NCBI GenBank assembly: GCA_028023455.1
Contig: JAQFVV010000005.1
Span: 14,384,001 to 14,448,000, forward strand
Length of the DNA stretch: 64,000 nucleotides
From: Epiperipatus broadwayi
Lineage: Eukaryota; Animalia; Onychophora
Direction: 5' to 3'
This document shows, in pieces, positions 51,543 through 64,000 of the stretch; position 1 is the stretch's first letter, and each line of letters opens with the position of its first letter. The position numbers and the translations under genes are program-made. Below the pieces are notes generated by a model, which saw nothing but the letters and a program-made list of their open reading frames with translations, did not search any database and was not told the DNA's origin.

Positions 51543-52442
51543 AAAATTTTTTTTTTTTTAAATTTTAATTTAATGCTTTGAAAGCTAGATGCTCCTAACT
51601 ACTGTTAGAACCTTTTCATATCCATGTACTCCTAATATGACTTAGTGATGAGATTATCCCTAGAGAGGCGACCAGGCAAATTACATTTCTACTCTGACGA
51701 TCCAACCAGCATTACTAAACCGATTTAATCTTGCTATAAACAATACGTGAGTTTATTTCTGCCTCCTACTTGTATATACAGGTTAGAGTCCACAGGATAT
51801 CTCTGTGACTCGATTAAACCTGTTCATACCTCACATTTTACAAACAATAACCCTCTAAGTGACAACACTGGTCACTATCCCGAGGTGGGTTGGGAGGCTG
51901 GCATTTTTTTTATCCAGCTCATCCATGAGCTCAGAATATTTACTGATAGCCCATATTTTTATAAAGGGGTTCTTTCCCCATACATTGGTTTCTAATCCAT
52001 TGACTCACGATATTGGTCAAATATCTTAACTGGAAATTTTAATCCAGTGAGTCATTATGAGAAGGGGATCTCTGTCCCTGTCTTCTCTATCTGATAAGAT
52101 CTGGTGACCGCAGAATTCACGCATGAATGCATAACAGAGAAGGCTCACCATATACTGCTAAGATCCCACCTACAAACATCTATCCCTACATATCCCCAGC
52201 CTCTATCTACGATCTCACACTACTATCTATCTGATGATTTGTCTTAGTTTGGGTAAAGTCCTTTATACTGTTTGGCCATTTACTGGCTCATTCTTCCTTT
52301 ATATTATCATGATCAATATTTCCTAATTTCATAAGTCCATTTTCCATTACTCATGGTCCAATTCCATTTCCAGTCTTGTTCCAGTGAATCCGTCCTTTAT
52401 GTATGAAATTGCGCTTATGTTTTATCCGGCAGTTGTCTTTCT

Positions 52443-55400
52443 CTATTGAATAGCCTTAGCGATCGAGTGTTGTATACTCCCTTTTCCTCTTCCCTGGGCT
52501 ATGATGACGGCATTATTCCCATACCGCTTTTGGACCATGTATGGTCCTTCATAAATGGGTTGGAACTTCTTAAATATATTTTGTGCTGGGTGACTTACAG
52601 GGTGCACCCTCACCATGACCTCCACCAAATTTCCACCCCCAAACCTTTCTTCTTATTTCACCCATCCTTTCCATCTGGTTACGTACTCGCTCCATGTCCC
52701 ATCTCCTATTTATTTCTTTGGTTCCTACAGGTAATTACCATTAAATGGGCATGGGAAATGTTTCCCAAAATGTAGCCGAATGGGTTCGAAACCTGTGGAC
52801 TCATTCTTTGCCCAATTGATCATGTTCACTATATGTGGGGTTTCCTTCACCCACTTGCGATGGTCATCAGGTATATATACGCGAAACAAACAACCAAGCT
52901 CTTTCATGACCCGTTCGCATGGGTTCGACAGGATTGCAGATCGATGTCAAGTTGTGCCTTATTCCATGTTTAGTGATCCATTTCTTTCACTTGCTTGACG
53001 TAAATGGTGTGCCGTGATCCGATAAGATCTGAGTGGGGATTCCCACCGTCTTAAAATGTTGTTCAAGGGCTTAATGGTTTGCTTAGCATTGGCTTGCATG
53101 ACTGGATATGCAGCCACCAACTTTGAGAATAGGTCATATGTGACCAGTAGGTACCTCCTCTTATTAAAAGCCGGCAATGGACCATAAAAGTCGATGGCTA
53201 ATATACGGTTCGGCTGATCGGTGTATATGGGCTGTAATGGTCCTACTCCTGATACATTAGGGGGTTTAGTTCGAGCGCAGGTGGCACATGTTCTAATAAC
53301 ACTGGCAATGTTAGCATGCATCCCTGGCCAGTAGAACCAATGTCTAAGGCAACCCTCCACTTTGTTTCCCCATAATGCCCATATGTTTCATGGACATTGA
53401 ATTGTTTATTTCCGCAAGGCGAGGGGCATGATGATGCATGTCTGCTTCCTTCTCTTGAGCATCCATTGCAGGAGTCCTCCCTTTATGCAGAAGTGGTTTC
53501 GGTCCTTCCATAGAGTGTTTCCCTTTATCTCTGATACAGATTGATGCCATAAATGTTCTATCAATTGTCTGCACTCCAGATCCTTCATTTGGTGTTCCTT
53601 TAAATCATGCATTTCACTTGCTATCTTGTGTTCTCCATCCATCTCGGTGACCACGATGTATGCCCCATCACATCTCATGTGCTGCTGAGAGCGTATCGGC
53701 CACAATGTTCTCCGTTCCGCGGCAATACACTACTTTGTAGTTAAACTCTTGTAGGAACAAGCTCCATCTCAACAACCTATGGTTAGCCAGAAAACTGTGA
53801 TTTAGGAACTCAAGACTGCGTTGATCGGTCAATACACAATATCTGAACCGACCAAGTATTGCCGGAATTTCTTGAAAGCCCATATCACCGCGAGAGCCTC
53901 CTCTGTAACAGTATAATTAAGTTCTGGGCCTTTCAGCAACTGGCTAGTATAATTAAGTTCTGGGCCTTTCAGCAACTGGCTAATAAAACAAAGGACTCTG
54001 TGTTGACCCCCTTCGTATTTGGAATATCGTGACTCCCAATCCGAACCCGCTACTATCGGTTTGTACGGAAAATGTCTTGCTGAAGTCCGGATATGCCAAT
54101 GTAACTGTTTCCAAGAAGCCTGCCTTTACTTTCTGAAAGCTCTGTTCTTGTTCTTCCTCCCACGTCCATGGTGTTTCCTTTTTCAGCTGGCTCCATGTCC
54201 AATGAGAACCCTTTGTAGAACCGATTATAGAAGTTACATAAACCCAAAAAAGATTTAATGTGTTTTCGGTTCCGAGGAGTCAGAAATTCCTGGATGGCTT
54301 CGATCTCTGGGTTTGGTACTATCCCCTTCTCACTAATAATATGGCCCAGGAATTTGACTTCCGTTGTCATTATGTGACTTTTGTTTAAATTAATCCTGAT
54401 GCCTTTCCCTTTACATTCCTCCAAGAATCCTTCCACGTGTTTGAAATGTTCCTCAATATTCTCAGACGCAATGATAATGTCCACAAATATCACGATAAAG
54501 CTTTTTATCTTATCATCTAATACCTGATCCAAACATCGGACAAGCCCTGCCCCACTATCAATCCGAACGGAATCCTATTAAAGTTGTATACATGTCCATA
54601 TCGAAATGCCGTGTATTTCTGATCTTTAGGATGTAGCTTGATTTGCCAGTAGCTGGCCGTCAAATCGAACATTGAAAATACCTTTTTCCCTTTAAATCCT
54701 GTGAGTACATCACTTATAGGGGGTGGGGCATTAATGTCCGGAATAGTTATCTTATTCAGGTACCACACGTCCAACCATAATCGGATGGATCCATCCCCCT
54801 TTTTCACTGTCACGATAGGATTATTAAATGGGGATGAACACTTTGAAATAACCCCCCATTTGAGCATCGTATTTATCTGTGCCTCAACTTTTCGTTATAT
54901 TGGTATGTTATTGGGTAAGCGTGAGTCCGATATGGCTGGTCCTCCATGAGTCTTATTCGATGCTCTTAGCCTTGAATGACCCCCCAGGCACCTGAAAATA
55001 CCCTGCTATTTCTCGTTAGAACCTTCCTCACCCTATCCCTTTGGTCATTGTCTATCAGTGTTGATTCACCCACTATATTTTCCCATTCTATCTCCATCAA
55101 GGCGTTCTGTGCAAGAATTTCTCCCTGATAAACTCCATCATTTTGGTTTTTCCCACAAAGTTCAGCCATGTGCCATTTATCTTAGTATAGCCCTCTGTAA
55201 TTCAGTATGCATGAAATCGGAACCTAACACAATGTCGTGGATCAAACCCTCCAAGATCACCAATACATGGTTGAACCTTTCTCCCGCAATCTCTATCCTT
55301 ACGTAGACCTGCTGGGACTCTAGCTTTACCCTTTTTCCATTCGCCAACAGTACCTGAACTGATTTCAATGGCAGCATCCGGAGTTCTGAGCAACCGTCTT

Positions 55401-55566
55401 TTAATCTGCCAAATGTTTCTTGAGACATTATAGAGATCTGACTTCCCGAATCGAAAAGTGCATTGATTAAAAGTTTTTCCACCTCAATCGTTAATTTTGG
55501 ACATATCTGAAAAGTCATTTCCACTGTTTCTCTCTCTTTCCCATAACCTAGGTTTGCTACTTGCAC
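52443..55566 (-). pseudogene. Gypsy pol (protease, RT, RNase H, integrase), disrupted
   Basis: ALFDSGSQIS (aspartic protease); SPFNNPIVTVKKGDGSIRL and FDLTASYWQI...TAF (RT); TDQRSLEFL...LLRWSLFLQEF (RNase H); YWPGM...CATCAR and IDFYGPLP (integrase). Confidence 0.95.
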
Positions 55567-55569
55567 CTG

Positions 55570-56835
55570 TTGATGTTTTCCACTCCCTTTGTCCTCCTGA
55601 AGCTCTATTCAGTCTACTGTGGTACAAGGCGGTCAACGTTTCCACCATCTGTTCCACCTACTCTTTACATGCCACACTTTGCGCCACATCTCCAGGTAAG
55701 CCCCGTCTGACTATCCTTATAATCTGCTGTTCAGAGAGTGGATATGGCCTCACAGTCTTCAACTGTGCCACATGACAACGAAAGAATGTCGTTAGTGATT
55801 CCTCCTGTCTCCATTTCTTCTGTGTTATCTGAGCAGCGTGTCTTCTTGGAGTTCCTCACTCCAATAACTGGTCATCAAAGCTCTATGGTATCCTGCAAAT
55901 GTTGTGGGCTTCTGGAACAGGGAGTTCCACTAGACTTGTGATTCGCCCTGCAAGTGACTGCTGATGACCACTATCTTGGCCTCCTCATTCATCCTACTAA
56001 ACTTGAAATACCGTTCCAGGCTTCCCAAGTGCTCCATAGGGCTTTCTCCAGGATCTCCCGTGAAAACTTGTATTTTTAGAAATTGGTGAAAGCCGATATA
56101 ATAATCCATGTGGTTCCCATAGCCCATATCTGTACATTCTCCAGTGGTTCTTGGTCCTATGCCCTTTACTTTGGTATTGGCGCTGTTATTGGCTGACCTA
56201 CTTATTCTCTCTTCAAATTTTGTGTCTAACCTTTCTACTGCCTTAGCTATCTGACTTATATCCCCCCACATGCTCGTCACCATCCTATTATCTTCTCTTA
56301 TCACTTCAACTTCCTCTTCTTTATCTAACCTTATTCCCCTTTCTGGCCGCCCTATGTTTACCCTCAGCTCAAACTCTGCTGACTCTATCTATACTCTCGG
56401 CCCTATCTAATTTGTCATATGCATATGGCTCCATGCCCTTTTGTTCATCCCACTTAATTTCCCTGTCACATCTATTTCCTGTGTCCTTTGCCTCTGATTT
56501 CTGGATGAAGTCATTTCTAATTTCTTCTATGGCTTCAGCAGTTGTTTTCTGGTTGTCCATTTCTATCTCTACCCGCCATTCTTCCATCCTCTCTTCTCTA
56601 TCCAATTCATAACAAAGGGGAGGAGGGGTGAGGTGGAAAGTTCTTCTCTGTCCAGGTATTCTTTCATGAATTGCTGTTGCTCAACCCTCATTTGCCTTAG
56701 CATATCCATTATATCACTATAGTTTATTTCATCTTTTACTTCCCTCTCCTTATCTTCATTCCCTTCTCTTACTTCATTTTCTTGAAAGTCCATTTTAGCT
56801 TGGGACCTTGTATGCATAGATGTCAATTTATTCAA
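55570..56835 (-). pseudogene. Gypsy gag, disrupted
   Basis: MHTRSQAKM start, coiled-coil stretch, and IQVFTGDPGESPMEHLGSLERYF..HLQGES (retrotransposon gag-like) upstream of the protease. Confidence 0.8.
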
Positions 56836-57870
56836 CCCTTGATCTGTGTTTGTTATTATTATTTTACTGAACTCTTCTGACTATACAGAAAAAAAATCCT
56901 TTCTACTGACTCTTTGCTTTTTACTTTGATTAGCTATTTAGTTCTTCATTATCTGTTAGTTAGCATTTAGACCGCTAGCGAACCCAAACCCCACGTACTC
57001 TAGTTCACCATCTCGTCTGCCTGCCTTAGATTCATTTGACTGTCTCTCCCACTTTGATGACTGTCCTATATTTTGCAACTATTACTCACTATACTTCAAT
57101 AAATAACACTCATGTATTTCACCTTTAACTATAATTTCAACTAAATTCGAGTTCCTTATATAGGGATCAGGGTAGTATTAAGTGTGTTCATTCATTGCTT
57201 AACTTCGTTAAGGTTTTCACAAATTCACCCATACATTTATTTTTTTCACTTTTAATATCCTCCATTATACTTCCATTTGTACCCTACTTATCACTTTATT
57301 ATAATGGCTATAAAATCCTACAAATATTTTATTTTCAGCTTAACTGAGACACGCTATTATTAAATCATATATATTTTTTCAACTTTGCTTATATACGCGG
57401 CTATTCTAGAGTCCTACATATATATTTCTTCACTTAACTTAGATCCGCGACTCTTTTATTATTTAACATTTATAATTAAAACCTTATTGAAACTTTTATT
57501 TTCTTTTTTTTTTTACTGAAACAATTTATAGTTCATTACAGCGATTAGATCGAGACAATCCATTCTTTGTTTGTTACAATTATATTTGAATCATTCTTGT
57601 CTTAGATTATATACGTCACTATGCATTTCAAAACTTTCTTAATATTCAAAAAAAATTCCCCCCTCTTTCTATCCTTTGTACACATTTGACATCGAAACAC
57701 ATATATAAAGTAAAATAAAATTATTCCCTTCGTCTTCGCTTCTCACCACTTTGACTTATGACACTAAATTTATATATTTTGAAAACATCTTTTTGTTCTA
57801 TTTTAAAAAAATTATTTACGTTATTTTGTAAAATTTATTCAACACGTGATCACTAATTGCACAGCAATAG

Positions 57871-57890
57871 AAATCCCGGACTGGCCCCCA
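57871..57890 (-). promoter_or_regulatory. Primer-binding site complementary to tRNA-Pro 3' end
   Basis: The + strand AAATCCCGGACTGGCCCCCA matches the eukaryotic tRNA-Pro 3' end AAATCCCGGACGAGCCCCCA at 18 of 20 positions and lies 3 nt from the 5' LTR. Confidence 0.85.
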
Positions 57891-57893
57891 AAA

Positions 57894-59643
57894 TGTAACT
57901 GAAACACGACGATCGAAAGCTTAACTTCTCTTTTATTTATGTATAATATGGAATTCTTAAAATTCAAAATCGTCCACCTCCCGCTACCGCAAGCAGAGTG
58001 AACATACGGACATAAACAAGTCTATATCCGTACTTGACCGAACCTGTAACTATATGGGTATAGCCCCAAGTTATCTTTCCTGGTCAATTGTCTCTCGACT
58101 GCTGTAAGATTTAAAGAGTTACAGTGCTTGGATCATTTATAAATTTTAATGGGATCAAAATACTGCACCACCAGCCTCATATGTTCACTCAGTACTCAAA
58201 TGAATAATAATTATTCCCCCAAACCCTACGACTATATTACTGTTTGGAGTGGCGAAGAATGAGACGAAACAGATTTAAATCAAGAAATATTTAATACAAT
58301 AAATTAAACAACAAAAAATACTTTAAATCATTTACACACAATAAAACAAATTATCTGTTATAATGCTACAATTATTATAGATAAAAAGATCCTATAAATG
58401 ATTGCACATTTATAGTCGTCATTTCATGTATATAAAAAAAATTTTAAATGTCTATATCACTCAAGTTAAGAATTTGGCAATTGTCTAAATTAAAGATATG
58501 TGCACATATAAATGTAAACGTGTAGTATACGTATTTTACCTAGGTTTATTGAGTGTCTGAAGTAAGTTGAGATCTTGCTGACCGCCATGTGGACTTCCTC
58601 CACTTCTTTAGCAGGGAATGGTCACTCTTAGGTTGGATTTATGTTGTGGGAATCCCTCCATATTTGGACATCAAGGACATGGCAAAATGAACCCTCCGGC
58701 AGGCGCTACGTCGGCAGTTGTTACATGTAGACGGGAACCGTTAGAGCACGGTGAGTCTGAATCGGCCAGCGATCGCGACGGCCCTTAGCCCTCCACTCTT
58801 GATGCATCACCGATGTTATAAATCATATCTTGTTCATTTAATGATTCCTTCTAATATTGGAGTCCTTCAACTACGTATCTGGGTTTTCTCTTGTTTGTTT
58901 TTTTTCGTAAACTTTAAAGATTCTTAGGTTTGCATTTCTCCCGATTATATCTACTTATTTTTTAGAGCAGTGCTTCCACCAACATCTCGACAAGAAGTCT
59001 CACCTCTACTAATTTTTTTTAAAAAATCCCATAGTCCTTTATTCTTTGTTTTTTAGCTTTTATTCACACCTTTCTTTTTCTTAATGCGCCATCGGCCATT
59101 TATATAGATTTACCTTTACACAATCTCGTAGCACTATGTACATTTATTTCTTATTCCTTTTTTATTTTAATTAAACATATTTTAATAAAATGTTTTTTAT
59201 TTTGACAAGCATTAATTGTTACTGTCCTTGTCATACTTCATACATACTCCATACACGCATTTCTTTTTATCGTCAAATGTGTACTTTTATGACCCAAATC
59301 CTTATCTTTCGTTCTATTTTACTCTAATTTAAACCCTTCAAACTTTACCTTCTAAATCATATTTTAGTTCTTATTTCATTTATGTTTCTTTATCACTATT
59401 AATTTTACTAATATACAATTTCAATATTTCTAACTTTAATTATTTTTTTATTTCTCAAAATCTTGACTTTGGAGAATAAAAGATAAGAATCTTTTCGATT
59501 CTATTTCCCTCTCTTTTATTAACTAAAACATTTCTTTCTTCATAAGTTTTAAATTCTTTTGCTAGTATTCCAAAACACAATATTTAATATTATTTAAATG
59601 TTAAATATCTATATGTGTGGTCGCAGTATGAGCGATCATCACA
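57894..59643 (-). repeat. 5' LTR
   Basis: tgtaactgaaacacgacgatcg...gcgatcatcaca, followed by the TSD. Confidence 0.95.
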
Positions 59644-60099
59644 ATATATTATGTTAGTCAACAAATTTCAATTAGAGCAGGCCATTGACTGTAATACAAT
59701 GGCAAGGCTGCAATTTCTGTTTTGGTTGTGTAGTGATGAAATGTTTTGCATCAACCCTATCCATAAACTGATTTAAAAATATAATACTGTGACTATTAAG
59801 TTTCAAAAAGATATTTAAAAAAAAAAACAATAAAAAATATATTTTTAAAAATAATGAATTATGGTTAATGTATTAAGATTATGTATTAGTTGCTAAGTAA
59901 TCTATGAAATGTCTTTGATAAATTCTGCAATCATTTTTTTTTTAAAGACTAATTTTTGTTTCCAAAATTTAGCCCAACAAAATTACAAGGTTTGGCTTAA
60001 ATCATAATTGTGCAGTATTATAAAGAAGAAGAAAAAATAATAATTACTTTTAAAAGCAATAATAATAATGGCATTAAGATTATCAGAAAATATCACTAA

Positions 60100-61380
60100 G
60101 TGACCCATAGAATATCCAATAAAAAACTGAAGGCTTAGATTTTTTTTAAAAATTTATTAACACAAATTCATAACAATCATATTGTAAACCATCATCTATT
60201 TGTCATCAACTTCTAATGTCAAGTGATTTATGCTTGATTTTCAGGATTTTCAAAAGCAAAAAGCATCTCAAGCAATATTATTAGCACAAGAAACAATACT
60301 TTATATCAAACATAACAAACTATGTGGCATGCCAGGTAGACTTCAAAGCAGCCTTTGACATCGTAGACTAGAACTTCTTATTCTCTACTAAATCAAATGC
60401 TATCAAATCACACACACCTTGTTACAGCTAATAAAAACTATCTTAACAATAGAACAATTAAACTTAAAAATTACATGAGACTCTCTCAACCCTTTAAGCC
60501 AAGTAGACATCCAACAAGGCTTCCCAGCATCATTACTATTTGCGATATACATAGACCCCATGATTAAGGACATAGAGCAATGCATGGATGGTATTTTTCT
60601 TCCACAGCTACGCACAACTGTCAAGATTATATCATATGTTGATGTTTTGATAATATTCAGGGACCTACACAATATACCTATGATGCTTTCATAAACTGAA
60701 GAAATTTGAAACTATAACAGGATCCACAATACAAACCAACAAATCATCTTTATGGCAAATAACTACTGGTCGCAGTCTTCCCTCATTCTTCACAGGTTCA
60801 CTAAGTCATCATTTAAATCTTCTTGTCATAGACAATTTTAATACAAAAATAAAGTGCTTCAACTCAAAATTGCTATACCCTATAATGAAAGTTTGCATCA
60901 TCTATGCCATTCTAGGAGCCATACTTTTCACCCTTATGTCGCTTTGTATTCCACAAAGACAATTAATTTAAAAAATAAGCTCATAAACAATATAAAGAAA
61001 TTAAAACCATTCAATGCATTTGTAACCATTCACACTCTCAGAACAATATGGCTTGCCCGTTGTGCTGTAATCTTTGATAACAAAAAATACAATGTACTAA
61101 AAAAAAAAATAACAAAGAATGGCATAACATATATCTATATGCTCAAAAATATATACCCAGTAATGTCACAAAAAAAATATGGCAAAGCAATATATTCCTT
61201 AGCTTATCATTAATGCAATAACAGAAATCATCTCATCCCAATTCACTGTATTCTAAAAACCTCCTAAGCAATGTAAAAAATTAAAAAAAAAAAAATGTAA
61301 AAAACTCTTAATGTAAATGTACTAATTCTTGTAAATATTTTGTTACTAATAAAGTCTACTTATATATATAAAAAAAAAAA
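60100..61380 (+). mobile_element. 5'-truncated decayed L1/Tx1-clade LINE
   Basis: VDFKAAFDIVD*NFL, IQQG.PASLLFAIYIDP, ISYVD and RTIWLARCAVIFDNKK. AATAAA (61348-61353) is followed by a poly(A) tail to 61380. Confidence 0.85.
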
Positions 61381-61927
61381 TGAAATTGTCTTCACAGTTC
61401 ATCATTTTCTTTTGCAACAGCCCATTTTCTAAACATTATACACTTGTAAAAATTAAATCACCTTAAAAAATAATTAAAATAAGAGAATTTCAGTAGTTAT
61501 CTGTGTTTTTTGTGAAAATTCAGATCATATAAAATATTCTCTTGTTCATTATTTTTAGTGTCTGCATTATTCTCCAAAAATATTTGACAACACTCAAAAA
61601 AAATTCAATATTTTTTATATGCTTCATTGACCAACTCTCATACCATGAGACAGGAAATATTGTAGTTTCTTTTAGGACTGCTCTCTTCAGTCTATTCCAG
61701 AGCCATGTATTGTAAACTTGCATACCAATATATAAATTGTCTTAGTTTTTATTTTAAATATGATTTCATAATTTGTTAGTACTACATTTGACTTTTTATG
61801 TATTCTCTTATCAATGGTATTTATTTTTACATACATTACTTTTGAATGGAGATAATAGTTCACGGTACTCTTTATTTTCTGAAGAAGAATTTGTCTTTTT
61901 TGGACTATGGTCACTAACAAACTAAAA

Positions 61928-62323
61928 CGGGTCCCCAACCCTATGCCCGCGGGCACCATGGCACCCGCAGACCATTTTACATGTGCCCGCCGCTATCCAA
62001 ACATGATAAAAAATTATTTATCTGATACAAATAAATTTAATTTTTAAAATTTCTTATAAATTATTGGATTATATTGTAATCATATTGTAGGGCATACTAT
62101 ACTTTTACAGCGTAAAAATATAAACATTAATTATATGTTAAAATTTTATTTTTGAAATAAATATTATTTTGTACATTATGTGTATTATTAACAATATCCA
62201 ACTATAAATTTACATTGAAAAAATAAATGGTGCCCACCACCTAGTTGAAAAAATAAATGGTGCCCGCTACCTGGCCGGTATTATAGAATGTGCTCTTAAG
62301 TGCAAAAAGGTTGGGGACCCCTG
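61928..62323. mobile_element. hAT-type MITE
   Basis: TIRs C--GGGTCCCCAACC / GGTTGGGGACCCCTG. Perfect 8-bp TSD AACTAAAA (61920-61927, 62324-62331). Subterminal GCCCGC motifs. Confidence 0.9.
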
Positions 62324-62749
62324 AACTAAAATATCAACTACAACTAAAAGCAAGTTGATATCTTAACATTCCTTATTTCATTAATTCATTTTAAAGTTTA
62401 CAACTAAACAAAAAATCAAGCTCTTAAACCAAATACAAATGAAAAGTAATTATCACTTTTATGTAAGTTGTTATTCTCCAAGATGCGCCCATCCTCTCTT
62501 CCTCATAACATAGAAAAATATCATGATTTTAATATTCAAATATTTAAAATAATTCAAAAAAATTGCAATTAAAAAAACAAAGAATATATATAAACTTTGC
62601 AATCAATGTTTCATATATAAGAGAATGCAAAACTTGTAAAAAAAAATTTTAGTGGCATACATATAATATCAATAATTCATTAAACAAAAGTTGGATCTAT
62701 GATCCAAAATTATCTATTTATGGGATGTTCATATCAATACATATATTAA

Positions 62750-63700
62750 ATTTTATTTAGTCGTTACATATAAATATAAATTTTTTTAACTAATATGAAC
62801 CCATTGAAGGAATGAATAACTTTCTTAGTTCTTTGAACAAAAGTGTTTTTCCTCCAAAAAAACTGCAATTTTTTATTCATATATCTTACACATGGTCTTT
62901 TTCTAGATCTTTTATGGTTTCTTAAGTATTCTGTCCAGCCCAGCCTTATAATTATTTTAGTGATGCCAGTGTTAGCTGATTTTTAATTCATTTATTTCAG
63001 TCTCTATCATTTCTTGTTATTCCTAACATACAAGATATCTTTCCATATTATATGGTTTGAAGTTTTTTTTATTGCTCTTCTATTAAGTATTCTATGGTTA
63101 AGCAATCATTAATATATTTATTAAAAAATATAACTTTTCAAGAACATAAACATATTTCACTTTACTATTAAGTTTTTGTCCAAAGACCATCAATAAATTT
63201 AATTCCATGATTATTTTCATCCATTATGTTTCCATTTATTAATAATATGACTGTTATTTATAATTCATGATTATTAATCTGTTTTCTCCTTTAATGAAAA
63301 GCCATTGAACATTACTTTTTTATCATTTATTTTTTAATCCCACTTCGTTGCTTTCATCTGATACCTCTTATAACATTTTTTGAAATATTATTTGCAAAAC
63401 AACTATACTATCAGCAAAATTTAGGTTTTAATTCAAAAAATATTTTTTATAAAACTGCATAAAATCTTTGGAAAGATGGAATTATTTTACATTCATATCA
63501 GTGTTAAATCTTAATGTTCCTACATAATCTAACGTGAACCGTTGCATTTTGATATTCTTCACAATTTGGTTATCCTATTGTAGATTTATGTCTAAAGCTT
63601 TAATCACTGTTGAAATGCTTGCATAATCAAGTGTTTTTTATAACTTGTAATTCATACTTATTCCTCTTTTCTAGAACTTTTCCAGTAAACATTTTTAACA
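62750..63700 (-). mobile_element. Decayed RTE-clade LINE fragment
   Basis: Broken frames give KYELQVIKNT*LCKHFNS (cf. DYEKAFDS), LNFADSIVVL and HNMERYL..GITRND, the same region as the 4258-5006 copy but more eroded. Confidence 0.6.
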
Positions 63701-64000
63701 GTTTTAAATGTTTTTTAAAGTTGTGGGAAAAGTTCTGAAGACGACTTAGAATGTCAAAACTGATAGTTTTTTTTAGAATTTTGAAAATATGTATTTGTAT
63801 GGTGTTCATAGAAGAGTGGGTTGGTATTGTTTGTTTATATTATTACCATTACTTTACATAATACTTATTATATGACTATTGAGCTAGAATTTTTAAATTC
63901 ATTTAATTCTTTTCATAGGTTTGAATCAAAAGTTTTTTGTATAGCAGATTTGTAAATATCTTAGAATAGAATTAAGAAGACTGATAGGTCTGCAATTTAT

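Larger units (their letters stand above)
49729..59643 (-). mobile_element. Full-length inactivated Ty3/Gypsy LTR retrotransposon
   Basis: Two ~1.8-kb LTRs with TG...CA termini, TSD ATAT (or ATATAT) on both sides, PBS and PPT. Domain order gag-PR-RT-RNaseH-IN on the - strand, with many frameshifts. Confidence 0.95.

Noticed and set aside
50471-56612. Numerous + strand ORFs in the ORF track over the Gypsy element, and reverse-strand ORFs over the LINEs
   Set aside because: They are antisense shadows of TE coding frames.
1-64000. CRISPR arrays, rRNA, intact tRNA or spliceosomal snRNA genes
   Set aside because: No regularly spaced repeat-spacer pattern and no recognisable rRNA, tRNA or U snRNA sequences were seen by eye.

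Overview
Very AT-rich eukaryotic genomic DNA, probably from an invertebrate or arthropod (inferred), dominated by decayed transposable elements. Two host-type coding regions are supportable: an intronless SNAPC5-like gene (18194-18511, -) and a multi-C2H2 zinc-finger ORF (44226-45194, +). Mobile elements: a complete but inactivated Ty3/Gypsy LTR retrotransposon (49729-59643, -; ~1.8 kb LTRs, tRNA-Pro PBS, PPT, TSD); four copies of an RTE-X-like LINE with PHD + SGNH-esterase ORF1, two of them fused head-to-tail; several RTE and L1/Tx1 fragments; two back-to-back Penelope-like (GIY-YIG) fragments; two hAT mini-elements; and a long-TIR MITE with an 8-bp TSD. Most notable: several different small ORF-less foldback elements carry minimal type-I hammerhead ribozyme motifs. 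Two are complete (14764-14807 + and 16518-16559 -), two have a compensatory U3-A8 core, and these four have a palindromic helix III. A heavily decayed minus-strand frame near 10.3-10.6 kb shows collinear motifs resembling a segmented negative-strand RNA virus polymerase (possible old EVE; uncertain). All calls were made by eye. Boundaries of decayed elements are approximate and no searches were run.
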